DNA of 64,000 nt. It comes from Felis catus. Lineage: Eukaryota. Below the pieces are notes generated by a model. The model was not told the DNA's origin and did no database searches. It was given only the letters and a program-made list of their open reading frames with translations. The position numbers were made by a program, and so were the translations under genes. Every line of letters starts with the position of its first letter. Within the stretch, counting starts at the first letter, position 1. The stretch is from assembly GCF_018350175.1 (NCBI RefSeq), contig NC_058368.1:177322001-177386000 (forward strand), read 5' to 3'. Shown here in pieces: positions 39,542 through 52,250 of this stretch.

Positions 39542-41924
39542 ATGCCTCTGGGACATTCCGTCGAGATTCAAAGCTCCGAGCGGAGGCAAGCTGTAGGCTG
39601 GGCTCCTGGCTGCCAGGAGGCAGGGAGGAGGTCGGGGCTTCTGTTTTTTCCACAGTGGGCAGCAGGCAGGCTTGTGTCTCCTCTCCAGGACTCGCATCAT
39701 GGGTGGTTCCCTCCAGTAAAGGAGGGATGTGGGATGCGGATGGCACCATCAGCGCCATGAGGACAGAGACCCTCCCCCCGTTGTCCTCCGTGGCATCCCC
39801 AGAACTTAGCACCATACCTGGCACTTAGTAGGTGCTCGGGATCTGCCGACGGCTTGCCGCCTCCAGTGTCTGGGTTCTGGCCCTAGGATGCAGCATGGCA
39901 CCTGGGATGCCAGATGAGCGAGGGGGTCAATGTACACATTAATACACAGCCTTGGCATATGCCTGCCTGCTGGGGACCAGGGCCACGCCAAAAATACCCG
40001 TCTGCATGCCCCATTAACCAGAGGGCTAAAAGAACTGTGAACAGTGGACCAAGAAAGAAAAAAAAAAAGCGGGATTAATTTATGAGGCGTTCTGCTGCCT
40101 GGATGGCTCATTGCATACCCGTCTTGGCAACGCTGCTCAGTAATGTGCTTCTAGACTTACTGTACTTCGACATCCAGGGGCTCTTTTGTAATATGCCAAA
40201 TATTCCGTCGTTATTGTTCTAGGCACCTCCTGTTGGTCATTGGGCTAATTTATTTCAGTCGGAATTTCAGGACCAGACACAACTCTTATTACTCACTGCT
40301 TCGAAGAGGGAATAAGAGAGCAATTGATATTTGGAAAAATGAAAAATATGTCCAGAATACTTTGGGCCCTGAGGCCAAGAAGAAAAAAAGAAACGGGGGG
40401 AAAGCTGGAGGGAAAAATAGCGGGCTCACCTCGTAATGCACTCTGTCGTGGCTTGTCTCGGAGACGTGGAGTCTAGAATGTCTGCAGACAAATGAATCAA
40501 CGACAGGGCTCTGAATTCCTCAGACACCTGGGTCCTTCTGCATGTGACTTCAGCCTCCACCTGCAGGAGCAGAGGGCGGAAAAGACTGCAGCGTGGGGCG
40601 CTCACCTCAATTAGCCGAGTGTGTTACACCGGGCCTCAGGTTGCTGGGTGAGGGAGAAACCCCAGTGGGGCCGTTGAATTCCTAAGGCCACTGGCTCCTG
40701 CATCGGAGACTCTTCATGGAAAATTAGCCTAGGAGTAGAATTCGAGACACGACAGGCGAGCCGCTAGATTCCAGGAGCAATGGGATGCCGAAACGTGAGA
40801 GGGGCATCTGTAGAGATGATAAAGAGGCATCCCCGAACTCCGGCAAGTGGCCTTGGTGGGGCCAAAAGGGCGTGTGGCTCCTTTGCCATGGGAAACGTGT
40901 GTCGGCGTGAAATCCGTGGCCGCGCTGTTCCTGGAAGTCCTGGTTGAAGGCTGGGCTTTTGGCAGATGGAGGGGCTTCGGCGGGTACAGGGAAGAGGAGC
41001 GTGGGGTCGGCTCTGCGCTGGCCAGCACCGGCTGCATAGAGGGGTGATGGGTGGGAACACCAAGGGGTGTCTATCCGTCTGTCCTCGCTTTGGGCCTTCT
41101 TTAAAGGCACTGTGATGTGGTGGCGGTTAGGACCCCAGGCCGCAGAGCCAGCCAGTCCTGGGGACGAATCCCACCCTACCATTCATCCGCTGCAAGACCC
41201 TGGACGGAGCACTCCACCCTGCCAGGCCTCAGTTTCCTCATCTGTAAGGTGGGCATAAAAATAGCTGCCTCCCAGGTGGTTGGAAGGAAAAAAAGATAAT
41301 GCACGTAGAAGTCTTGACCTGCAGGGATAACAACTGCTCCCTTTTACTGCACACTTACCTCCAGGTGTCCAGTTAGGCACTTTGCTTCCCTTTTGTCATG
41401 GAGCCCTCACAGCAACTCTGGGAGGCGGAACTGACCCCATCTCTGTCCTACAGACGGGAAAACCGAGGCTAAGGAAGATTCAGGGCTTCACCCAAGATCA
41501 CAAATGCACAGGCTGTGAATGAAGGCCTGTCTATCCCCGGAGGCTGAGCTCTCAACATCCACCGTCTCCCATGAAGATTAGGCCTTAAAGAGAAGCTCGT
41601 ACAGCAAAAAGCGTACGTAGTCAAGTCAGAAGAGACGGAGTCTCTTGAAAAGCGCCACGCAGTCTCCGTTCCTGTGGTGACGGAAAGACCACCGGGCCTT
41701 CATCTGAGCACAAGTCAAAGTTGTTGCAGGCACGTATTGAACTGGAAGATCTTTTCAAATGGTAGAGCTGCCCTCAGAGGGACAGGGTGCCCACTCTAGG
41801 AGGGACCCGTGGCAGTGGAGCCCCAGGGAAGGGGGCAATGCTCAGTTCCTGGTGCTGGGTTGGGAGGGCAGCACTGTTTTGGTATATTCTGGACGTTTCA
41901 TTCCCTCTCTGATTGCATATGTTT

Positions 41925-42169
41925 TAAAATTTCTTTTTTTTTAAATGTTTATTTATTTATATATTTTTTGCTTTTTGTTTTTTGTGTTTTTGAGAGAGAG
42001 AGCATGAGCAGGGGAGGGGCAGAGAGAGAGGGAGACACAGAATCCGAAGCAGGTTCCAGGCTCCGAGCAGTCAGCCCAGAGCCCGATGCAGGGCTTGAAC
42101 CCACAAACCGTGAGATCATGACCCGAGCTGAAGTCGACCACTTAACTGCCTGAGCCACCCAGGCGCCCC
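41925..42169 (-). mobile_element. CanSINE
   Basis: TSD tctgattgc(a/g)tat. Confidence 0.93.
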
Positions 42170-43164
42170 ATCTGATTGCGTATATTTGAATTTGAGTAAG
42201 TTAGATGGCCAAGGGCCCATGCCTGGGAGGACCCTGTAAAGGTGCTACAAATACCCAGCATTCCTGGCTCATAGTGAGTGCTCAGGGTCTGCCAAATGAA
42301 TGTGGCCGAGGATGAGTGTCCGGGTTTGGCCAACAGCCCTCTGCACCCCGCCTTGGGTTGAAATGGCTTCAAGATGAGACCAAAACATCTGTGTCTGGGA
42401 CGTTTGTCGCAGAGTGCTGCCCAGTTCGGACTGCCCGTGCCCCCAGACATGCCCTGTGTCCTTCCCCAGGGGGCTCCTGAGGAGGGCTGCCCTAGACCTG
42501 TGGGTTGGGAACCTCAGGCCCAGTTAATAAAAACAGAGTGAGGGTGTAGACGCGGCCTGAAATGAGGCTCCTGCAGACCTTGAGCCAGTTTCTTTTTGTT
42601 TTAAGCTGTTTTGGGTTTCTGGCAGTTGGGAAGGGAGGGATCATTGACACAATAGCTGCATGTCAGGTTGTGCTTTTATAAGGAACACCGTGAAACTCTT
42701 TTCTGTGTCCAAGACGCTTCCTGGGCTTTGTGGATGAGCCTTGCCACCCAGTGCAAAGGAACATTTGATGGGATTGGATGGCGGGGCAGGGCAGGACGAG
42801 GATGGTAGGTCATGGACCTGTGTGAGATGAGCCCACAAGAAACTTTCAGGGGGCGTGAGCTCCTGGAATCTAGTCTACACGGGGGCACCCACGGCCGTCC
42901 ACGGAGCAGGTCCTGTGGGTGTGGCCGGAGCAGATAGAAGGTGAGCCGTGGAGCCAGAGAGACTCCACCGACTCTGTGTAACTTTGCAAGGGTTCTTCGC
43001 TTCTCTGAGCTGCCTCAGTTTCCTTATCTGTAAAATGGGGATAACCACGTCATCATCGGTTTCACTGGGCCACTGTGTCAGGGTAGGGGCAAGCGTGGGC
43101 TCTCCAAATGGGGTGGGTCGGGGTGGAAGGTGACAGAGCTGTAGCCGCCATCAGTCCCTGCTCT

Positions 43165-43383
43165 AAATTTTTTTTTTAACATTTATTTATTTTTGAGACA
43201 GAGAGAGAGAGAGAGCATGAACAGGGGAGGGTCAGAGAAAGAGGGAGACACAGAATCTGAAACAGGCTCCAGGCTCTGAGCTGTCAGCACAGAGCCCGAT
43301 GCGGAGCTCAAACTCATGGACCTCGAGATCATGACTTGAGCCGAAGTCGGACGCCCAACCGACTGAGCCACCCAGGTGCCCCT
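43165..43383 (-). mobile_element. CanSINE
   Basis: TSD agtccctgct. Confidence 0.93.
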
Positions 43384-43475
43384 AGTCCCTGCTTTAATAG
43401 CGATAGCAATTACAGCACACAAGATGGTTGGGATAGCAATGGCTAACGTGACTGAGCTCTTGATCGTGTGGAATC

Positions 43476-43692
43476 TTTTTTTTTTTTTTAACGTTTATTT
43501 ATTTTTGAGACAGAGAGAGACAGAGTATGAACGGGGGAGGGGCAGAGAGAGAGGGAGACACAGAATCGGAAGCAGGCTCCAGGCTCTGAGCCATCAGCCC
43601 AGAGCCCGACGCGGGGCTCGAACTCACGGACCGCAAGATCGTGACCTGAGCTGAAGTCGGCCGCTTAACCGACTGAGCCACCCAGGCGCCCC
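43476..43692 (-). mobile_element. CanSINE, young
   Basis: CpGs intact; perfect TSD ttgatcgtgtggaa. Confidence 0.95.
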
Positions 43693-43939
43693 TTGATCGT
43701 GTGGAAACTAATGAGCTTGATTTCATATGATCCCCACAACCACCCTCTGAATACATGTCATTTTTCTTATTTTGCACATGAGGAATCAGACACCAACCAA
43801 GTCCATAACCACCAAGCCACACCACCTCCTGAGAAGCATCCTTATGGTAAACACGCAAACAGGCAAATCTAAATTCTACTCCCCAGCTGAGGCCTGGCGG
43901 GAACCCACCTCCTTGGGGGAGCCCTCCAGACGCAGGGAT

Positions 43940-44190
43940 CTCTCCCTAGCCATCTGGCCCACAGACAGATGTTTACATTTTTAAAAAGCTGTCAATATTT
44001 GAAACTTAAGAGCCTTTATATACAAATCCAGATTTCTGGCTGTTCTCGAAGAATGAGAAACCTGGCCGCACTGTCTCATGTTCCTGCATAAGGACACTTG
44101 CCTGGTGCTGGCGCCTGCCTTCAAATGGGGCCTGGGCCCTCCTGTCATCCACTAGCTGCTGTTATGCTATTTATCTGGTCCTGAAGGCAC
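43940..44190 (-). mobile_element. MER102-like hAT remnant
   Basis: aaatccagatttctggctgttctcgaagaa motif. Confidence 0.5.
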
Positions 44191-46047
44191 GTGGCTTGGT
44201 GAATCTCACTCCCGGTTTAGTTGTCTAATCACGACACCTTGGGTTACTAGCAAATACTTCCTATGCATTGTTTGCTCCCTGTTGTGCTGGCACTCACTCC
44301 TATGCAGGGGGAAATACCGTCTACGTTTTCAGCATCCCTCCTGTCTGGGGCCTTGTGCCAGCCCCAGGGCCCATGACCTGTAAGGATCTGTTGACTGGAT
44401 TAATGAAAGCAGGTGACAAACTGTTTTCTTGGAAGGCTCCAGACAGGAGTGTCGGAAGGGATTCAGTAATCTCAGAGCTGTTGTGTCCCCATTGGTCTGT
44501 ATTGTGGTGGGGTGGTGGATATGAAACCGTTGCTTATTAAGCTCCTGTTACGTACGAGACACAGTGGAAGGATTCATGCAAACACCATCTCTCTGAGCCC
44601 TACACGTCCCCGAGGCTGAGGTCAGTACCCCCATTTTACTGGGGAGGAAAATCAGACTCAGGAGAAGTGAAGAGGCCCACCTAAGGTCAGAACAGCTTGC
44701 TGGTGGCAGAGCCAGGATTCGAACCCGGGTCTGTTGACTCCCACGTCTGACTCTTTCCACACACACCCCGGGCCAACTCTCCAAGCCAGTCTCCCCTCTC
44801 TGCCAAAGAGAAGACCTTTGCGATGTTTTGTGTCCTTGAAGGCAAACCAAAAGAATTCCCTACAACTCGCTGCTGGCATTTCAAGTATTGGTTTATGGGT
44901 TTTTTGGTGAGAATGCATCCAGGGGCCTATCACCCTTAGTGAAATAGATACTTTTCCAATCAAAGAGTCAAACCAGAACTTGGCTTCTTAGAAAACCACT
45001 TGTCTGGAATGCTTGCCAGAGACCAGACGGTCCCACACTTCAGATTTTAGAAACCGTCTCAAATGTATGGAGGGACCTTCAGGGTGGAGGGTGAGAAAGG
45101 CACATACCTTGCTACGGAAATCTACAGACGTTCAAGTCTTCGGGACTCCTCAGCCGGCTAGTGTCAAGTCAGCCCTTTTGTGGCCTCCTCAGGGGTCTCG
45201 CCGCCTCGCTGAACCAGAGACGAGGTTTTATTTTATGGGACTTTTCTTTCATGAAACAAAAACAGCAATTAAAGAGAAAAACCTTCTATAAACAAGTGTC
45301 TATAGTTCTCGTTTGCTTAACTTTTTCCAACCTTATGAAAAATTGGGACTGAAATTGCCTTCTGAAGGAAGGTTCGGGAAGTATTTTCTTTCAGGTTCAT
45401 TCAAAACAGTCACACCCCCTTCTCCACCCCTTCCCGAATTCTGATGTTTCCAATGGTCTCCTCCATATCCTGGAGACTAATAATGTGGTGTGTTTTCATT
45501 ATCTTTTGCCACAATTATAGGGACATGCAAATGACTTTGAATATACCCTCGCCCCAAATCTGGATGGAATCTGAGACCCCAAATGGTTTGACCATTTGGA
45601 CTGAAGAGGTTGGTTAATTCTGTCCAAGAACCCGTTGTGGGCTGGTTAGGGACTGGTTAATTCATTCCAAACGGTCAACCGAGGATGGTGAGCAGACATA
45701 ACCTGTGGTTCATAAAGGTTTCCCTTAACCCTTCCTGAGTTTTGATCTGAGGTTTATGCAAACAGAAATTATGTGTGGGGTGGAGTGCAGCCAGGAAGTC
45801 TCGAGAAAACTCCATCTTACACATTTTCTTTGAGACGGCCAGACATAAATCTTTGAGGATATCCGTCTTCCTAACAGAGCGGCTGGATTTTATGGTTACT
45901 ACACCCTGGTTAGATTTTAATGGATAAAATACTTTTTTGAGTCCAAGGAAAGGGCTAGTATTCCCTGAATAGCTAATACCGTCTTTCAAGCAGAAAGGAA
46001 CAACCATTTTTTAGAAGTCAGACTATATACTACCAAGGAGAGAAGGG

Positions 46048-46050
<3 letters not shown>

Positions 46051-46099
<49 letters not shown>

Positions 46100-46124
46100 T
46101 GAGAGAGAGAGAGGAGAGAGAGAG
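46051..46124. repeat. Compound (GT)n(GA)n microsatellite
   Basis: Read directly. Confidence 0.95.
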
Positions 46125-46342
46125 TGTTTGAATGGATGAATAAGTAAAAGAATGGTACTTTTTGGATAATTTTTCACTTCTTTTCAGGGTAAGCAAGTTA
46201 ATTTTTCTGCCTCTGAAATAACAGATTAGTCTGGGAGGTGCTGGCTGTCTTCACGTAAAGGAAAGTAAATGTGTATTTGTCCACTCAAACTACCCTTCTC
46301 TACGCCCTTTTGAAATATCATTAATAATAATACAATGCCATT

Positions 46343-46551
46343 TAAAAAAATTTTTTTTAATGTTTTTATTTATTTTTGAGACAGAGACAGACAGAGCGTG
46401 AGCGGGGGAGGGGCAGAGAGAGAGGGAGACACAGAATCCGAAGCAGGCTCCAGGCTCCGAGCTGTCAGCACAGAACCCGACGCGGGGATCGAACCCACAG
46501 ACTGTGAGATCATGACCTGAGCTGAAGTTGGATGCTTAACCGACTGAGCCC
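46343..46551 (-). mobile_element. CanSINE, slightly 5'-truncated
   Basis: TSD acaatgccattt. Confidence 0.93.
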
Positions 46552-49500
46552 CACAATGCCATTTTCTAATCCATCATTTGTTATTGATCTACGATACTCA
46601 ATCTGTTTTTATCAGCCCTTCCTCTCTTCCGCCAACTGCCCTGACAGTCTCATAGTGTCTCAGATGGGGACACTTCTCAGATTAGAGAAGCGTACTTATG
46701 GGGACATGGGGGTGGAGGTTTGAGGGTGCTCTGTTGGTTACTGGGGACACAGAGACCAATGATCCAATTTGACTTCAAGGAGCTCTGAGTCTGTCGAGAG
46801 AGGCAGCCTGTAGATAAGCCTCACTGTGGTGTAAGTCTTATGAGAGATAACCAGAGAATACGGAGAAGCACCTCAGTCTGAAGTCCATGGAGAGGGAGTC
46901 CTGAGAAGGCCTCCTGAGGAGTTCAGTGTTAAAGGCACTCTCTGGCAGAGGAAGGAGTGGGGAGGGCAGAAGAGGCAGAGGGGCAGCGTCAGGCAGCCCT
47001 AAGGGGGGAGAGCGTGGTGCATTTGAGGCACTGGCTCCAAGGGGTAAGGGTGGAAGGCAAAATGGAGGAGGGTAGCAGGAGTCAGATCATGCTGGACCCT
47101 GGATGTCAGGCTAGCCAGTTCAGCATCCTATGAAAGACAAGAAGTAAATATGGCTGGAATTTGAGGTTCAGTGGGGAGGGAGCTCCACGTGCACTGGGCT
47201 CATCAGGGAGAGCTTCCAGAGAAAGTGAGGTGGGTAGATTCAGGGAGAAGGAAGGCAGGTGGTTTGTGTCAGCAGCAGAGTGAAAATGCAGAGGACGGAA
47301 GGCATGTGGATTCTGAACGGGAGATGCTATGGGCATAAGGAAGGTGCTCACCTGTGCCGGTGAAACACACTCATGGCGCGGGCTGTGGTAAGAGGAGATC
47401 CAGAAGCGCCTGCTGCAGGAAGCACACTGGTCCTGTCCTCTGCCGAATCCTCAACACCCACAAGGACTCACTAAGCTGTGCTGTGCTGAGTAGATGGATG
47501 GACTCACTAAGAGGCAGTGAAGATAGGCTGTTGGTCTCTGTGTTTTTAACTTGCAAGTCACATGCTATGTGGCCCTTACCCTGCATAATATCTCCAATTT
47601 GGGCAGAAGTGGGAGAGAGACACATAAATCATGTAAAAAAAAAAAATAGAAGGGAGACTGACAAATTTTCAGCTGGAGGCTGGGGGGAGTTCAGATCGAA
47701 TGGGGATCGGAATTCCTACGATCCTGGAATCATAGGACCAGCTACCATTTTACTAAGCACTGACCATTTGACAAGCAATTTCTCTAATGTCTGCAAGTCC
47801 AGAAGAAAAGTATCTCATTCAGATTTTCACGGAGACACTGGTTGTTAAGGAGGCTCACCCCAGGTCACGAGGCTAGTAGGGGTTCAGCCCACATCTCATT
47901 GGCTTTGGAGCTTGAGGTGGTCTCCTTGAGATATGGAAGAGCTTGAAAGAGGGTCAGATGTGCCCCAACCATCACCCATCCCGCTCTGGAATCCAGCTCC
48001 AGGAGACTGATCCCCAAGGTGGGCAAATTGGGTGAGGCCACACTGGGTTTTCTTCCTTCCTGTGTTGGGGACTCTATGATCCTTATTGGAAAGCCAGCGC
48101 TTCCACACGGAAGGGGATGCAAGCTGAGTGGGGTGAGGAAACCATTCATTATATGTTCTAGGGGAAGGTCCAGGAGCCCGCGCTGTCGAACCCCAGATTG
48201 GTTAGCGAGGGAGGAAAGGAGAGGGGTTCTTTCCCCCCCTTGCTCCGCTCCCCTAGACTCCAGCAGCTGGTGTGGATTCAGATAAGCATCTGCACTTGGG
48301 GAAGTCGATGCCTACTGGATCCAGCTCCTGGACGGTCTGAGGTCCACCCATCACTAATTTTCATATGAGTTACATTAAAGAGTCTGATGGGAAAGTATGT
48401 CTTGGTTTAAAAATAGAATAATACAACAATAAATCAAGAAGAAAAAGCAAACTGAAAAAATGCAGAAAACAGATGAAAAGAAAAGGGAAAAAGTGAACGG
48501 TATAAAAATACCCTCCGTGCCAGGCACTTCAAATGTGATTTCCTGTGGCCTGCACTTTGAAAACGCCTGCTGTTACGCCATGTGCCGCATCTGAAGGCCA
48601 ACGGGGCAGACAGAAAGGGGTGTTGAGACTTGGAGGCAAGGGTGACATCTGACCTGCCTGAGCTCCAGACACGCGCGCCGAAGACAGAAGACACGTCAGA
48701 GGATTTTCCATGTGGTGGAACAGAGCCCTGCGGGCCTGCTCCACCCACCCTGTGCCCACCAGGCTCTGAGACGCTTCCTGTTATGGGTGGCAGGGCACAC
48801 AGTGGGGCCACTGGTAGAAGCCTGGGCTCTGGCTTCCCAGTGAGCTGGGGCAGATGACTTCAAAAGCCGCGTCTGGCAATGTAGAGAAACGATTTAAAAG
48901 TGAACTTGGGTGGCTCCCAATACGACCTGCTCCAAGTAAGTAGAAAGAAAACATACATTATCTCATGTTAAAGAGCAGGCTTCTTTTAAGGCCCTGCCAA
49001 CTATTTATGAAATTCTAACTTATTGCTGAGAAAAGTCCCCCCACCCCCCCCAACAATCCTAGTAACCGCTGGCAAGGCCGAAAGGACATAAACATGATGT
49101 CAGAGAGCCAGTTCCAAATTGGTCAGGATTGCATGACAAATTTGTAATTCTAATCAGCCAGAATCTCAAATGTATGCCCCAAGAATATACTGTCTGCCTC
49201 AGAGATGCACTTGCCTGATATTAAATTATGCCAAGGAAAAGCAAAATAAACATCTTTTCCAACAGGCTGATTTGGGAGGGGTTAGGGGTGGTGGTATATG
49301 AGTGGAAAAAATAACATTTCAATAACAGGAGAGACAAAAAAGAACAAATCAAGACACGACTGGATGCAGCCTGTGAAATTGTCCATTTCAGATGTCTCTT
49401 TGGTGCTTAGGAGTTCGCTGTGCGTCTTGGGACATGGAAGGCTTGTTGGGGTTGAGCGTGGGTATGAATGGACCTGGAGTCCTGTGAGCACCTGACACAG

Positions 49501-51442
49501 ATGGGCTTGAACCTGAGAAGTGTCCCAAGATGGAGTGGGGTCATATTTGTAAACCACTAAAATATTTCTGGTTTGCCAGGCAAGAAATTGGCAGCAGGCA
49601 TCCTCTAAACATGAGTGAGTGAGAGTGTGCGTGCATGTGTCTGTGTGTGTGTGTGCATGCGTGTACACGCATGTGTCCTGGCTGTCAGCTTGAGGCCAGC
49701 TGCACTTGATTAGTCATCTTCAGCACGCCCACAAACATGCATGTGACTGAGGGAATAGTATGCTATTAACAAGATGTGACTTGTTAACACCAGGCTGGAG
49801 ATCCCAACCACTTTTGCCATCCCTCTGCGCCTTGGGAATGGTGACCGGGGACGGGGGTTGTGTGGGCTGCCTGTTGAGTCTGGGCTTTAGAAAACAGGAA
49901 GGCGATGTGGAGGAAGAAATGTGCTTAGGACTCTGTCCCTTTCCTCACTGCACTGATCCCACCCCAGGGAGGAATAAAGGACTCCCATGGCTAGCAGTCC
50001 CCATTTCGGAAACTCCTGATTTTAAGTCCTAGTTGTGCCTCTGAAAAGAGAGAAAGAAGGAACCAAGCGCTGACTGTTGAACCTGATCAATTCTTTGAAC
50101 CTCTAACCACATAATGGGGAATCATTTTTCTGTTCCTTTCTCAAAGAGAATTATTGCTGAAGATCAAGACCAAAACTGGGTATGAGTTGTTAGTGCTAGA
50201 AGCATTATCGTTATGAGTGTTATTTTTATTCAGGGGGAGCAAAAACTTCCATCTCAGGCTATCTCATTTGAATTGGCCCTGCCCCAATGCCTGAAATTTC
50301 TGATACTTACCATTGCTTTGCGTTAAGCATGGAAAGTTCGGGTTCAAAAACAAATCCAACCAGAGAAAAGAAGGCATATTAAGGCATGTCATATGTACTG
50401 CTCATCTAGCATGGCTTTGAGGCAACATTCTTAAATTGAGGGGGACATAGAACTCTGATGGACCCTCCCAAAATGTGCATTCATACATCTGCACAAAACT
50501 TACTTATGATTTCCTGGTGTTGATGGATCTGCTGAAATGGGAATCTAGGGATCTCATATTAAGATCCTTACATTTCAAAAATTGGGACTATAGACTGGAT
50601 ACATTTTGAAGAATCTCAAGAAAGGTCAGTGACAGTAAGTACAGCCTTGGAGGGCAGATGAATGTGCTGAGGCTCAGCAAGATGGAGTGACCATCTCCAG
50701 GTTACAGAGCCAATGAACACCAGAGCTAGGACTAGAACCCAGGGCTATTGGACCCATTATCCAGTGGAGTCAGGAAACCCGGGTTCAGGACACCTCTTAT
50801 CCACTTACTTCTGTGTGACCTTGGGGAAGTCATTCATCCTCTCTAATCTTCAGCGTTTTCATTTACAGCAGAGGCATAACCAGATACTCAGGTTTAGTCA
50901 TCTACGAATGAGAAGCTAATAATTACCTTAAGTACTTCATTTTCTCCTTGGATTGTTGCAAGCTTTTAGTTAATTTCCAGAGTTCTGAGGATGTGGGTTT
51001 TCGCCAGGGTTAATGGTGCTTTTATGGTATAGCAGATTTTTGGAGGTCCTTGGTCCTCCATTCCAGAAGTGTTTCTTCTGGTCTGTTTATACTTAGTGTA
51101 GTAATTGTTTTAGTAGAGGACTCAAATTTATCATTTCTCTTTGCCTATGGAAAGCCTGATCCATAACCGGTGCCCAAGCTTGGTGAGAAATGACTGGCCA
51201 TTTCAGGAATGTAGGAAGGGGTCTTCCTGATTGAGAACTTAGCTCCTCTCTGCTTTCACAGTTCTATGACATCTCTAAAATATGATTTAATAATCCATAC
51301 ATTTTTATTGTTGTTGTTGCCATAAAAGCTATAGCTTGCCTCTACTTATCACATCCTACAAAGGAACAGAACTTGGGAGCCTTACTTAATAATGGACAGT
51401 TATGGAAGTCTTTGCTGGGATGGTAACATTTTAGCTGAGGCC

Positions 51443-52250
51443 TGTGATATTGTGATTTATCATAGATATATATTTGGTCTTTGACCCCATTCCTGGCACA
51501 GAGCTCCTAAAACCCTTGGAATTTCCTAAGCACTGAAAGGGATGAAAGTGTTTTTGTTATGTTAATGAGGTGACTTTTGGAATGCCCATAAGTTATATAA
51601 AGGTAGGAGCTGGTCACTGGGGAAGCTAATCCTGTGATTAAAGGGTTGGAACTTTTAGTCCCATCCCACGACCTCAGGGGAGGGGAGGATGGCTGGAGAT
51701 TGAGTTCAATCACTAATGATTTAATCAATCATGCCTATGTAATGTAGCCTCCATAAAAAGCCCCAAAGGACGGGGTTTAGAGAACTTCTGGGTTGGTGAA
51801 CATGTGCAAAGCCCTAGACAGTGGTGCATTCCAAAAGGGCACCATATCTCCAGGCCCCTTCCCCATGCCCTGTCCTATCTATCTCTTCCATTTGGCTCTT
51901 CCTGAGTGATATCCTTCTACAATAAACTGGTAATCTAGTAAGTAAAATGCTTCTCTGAGTTCTGTGAGCCACACTAGCAAATTAACTGAACCCACAGAGG
52001 GGGTTGTTGGAACCTCCTATCTTTACCCCTTTGGTCAGAAGCCAGGTGACAACCTGGACTTGTCATTGGTGCCTAAAACTGGGAGGAGGGGCAGTCTTGT
52101 AGGACTGAGCTCGTAACCGGTGAGATCTGACAGTGTCTCTGGGTAGATAGTATCAGAACTGAATTGCACGACACCCAGCTGCTGTTGGAGAATTGCTCAG
52201 TGGTGTGGGAAAAATCCTTACGTATTGGGACTGGTGATCAGAATCCTAAA
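51443..52250 (+). mobile_element. MER21-like LTR inserted in an L2 remnant
   Basis: Starts TGTGATATTGTGAT...cctggcacagagctcctaaaacccttggaatttcct; AATAAA at about 51921. Confidence 0.8.
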
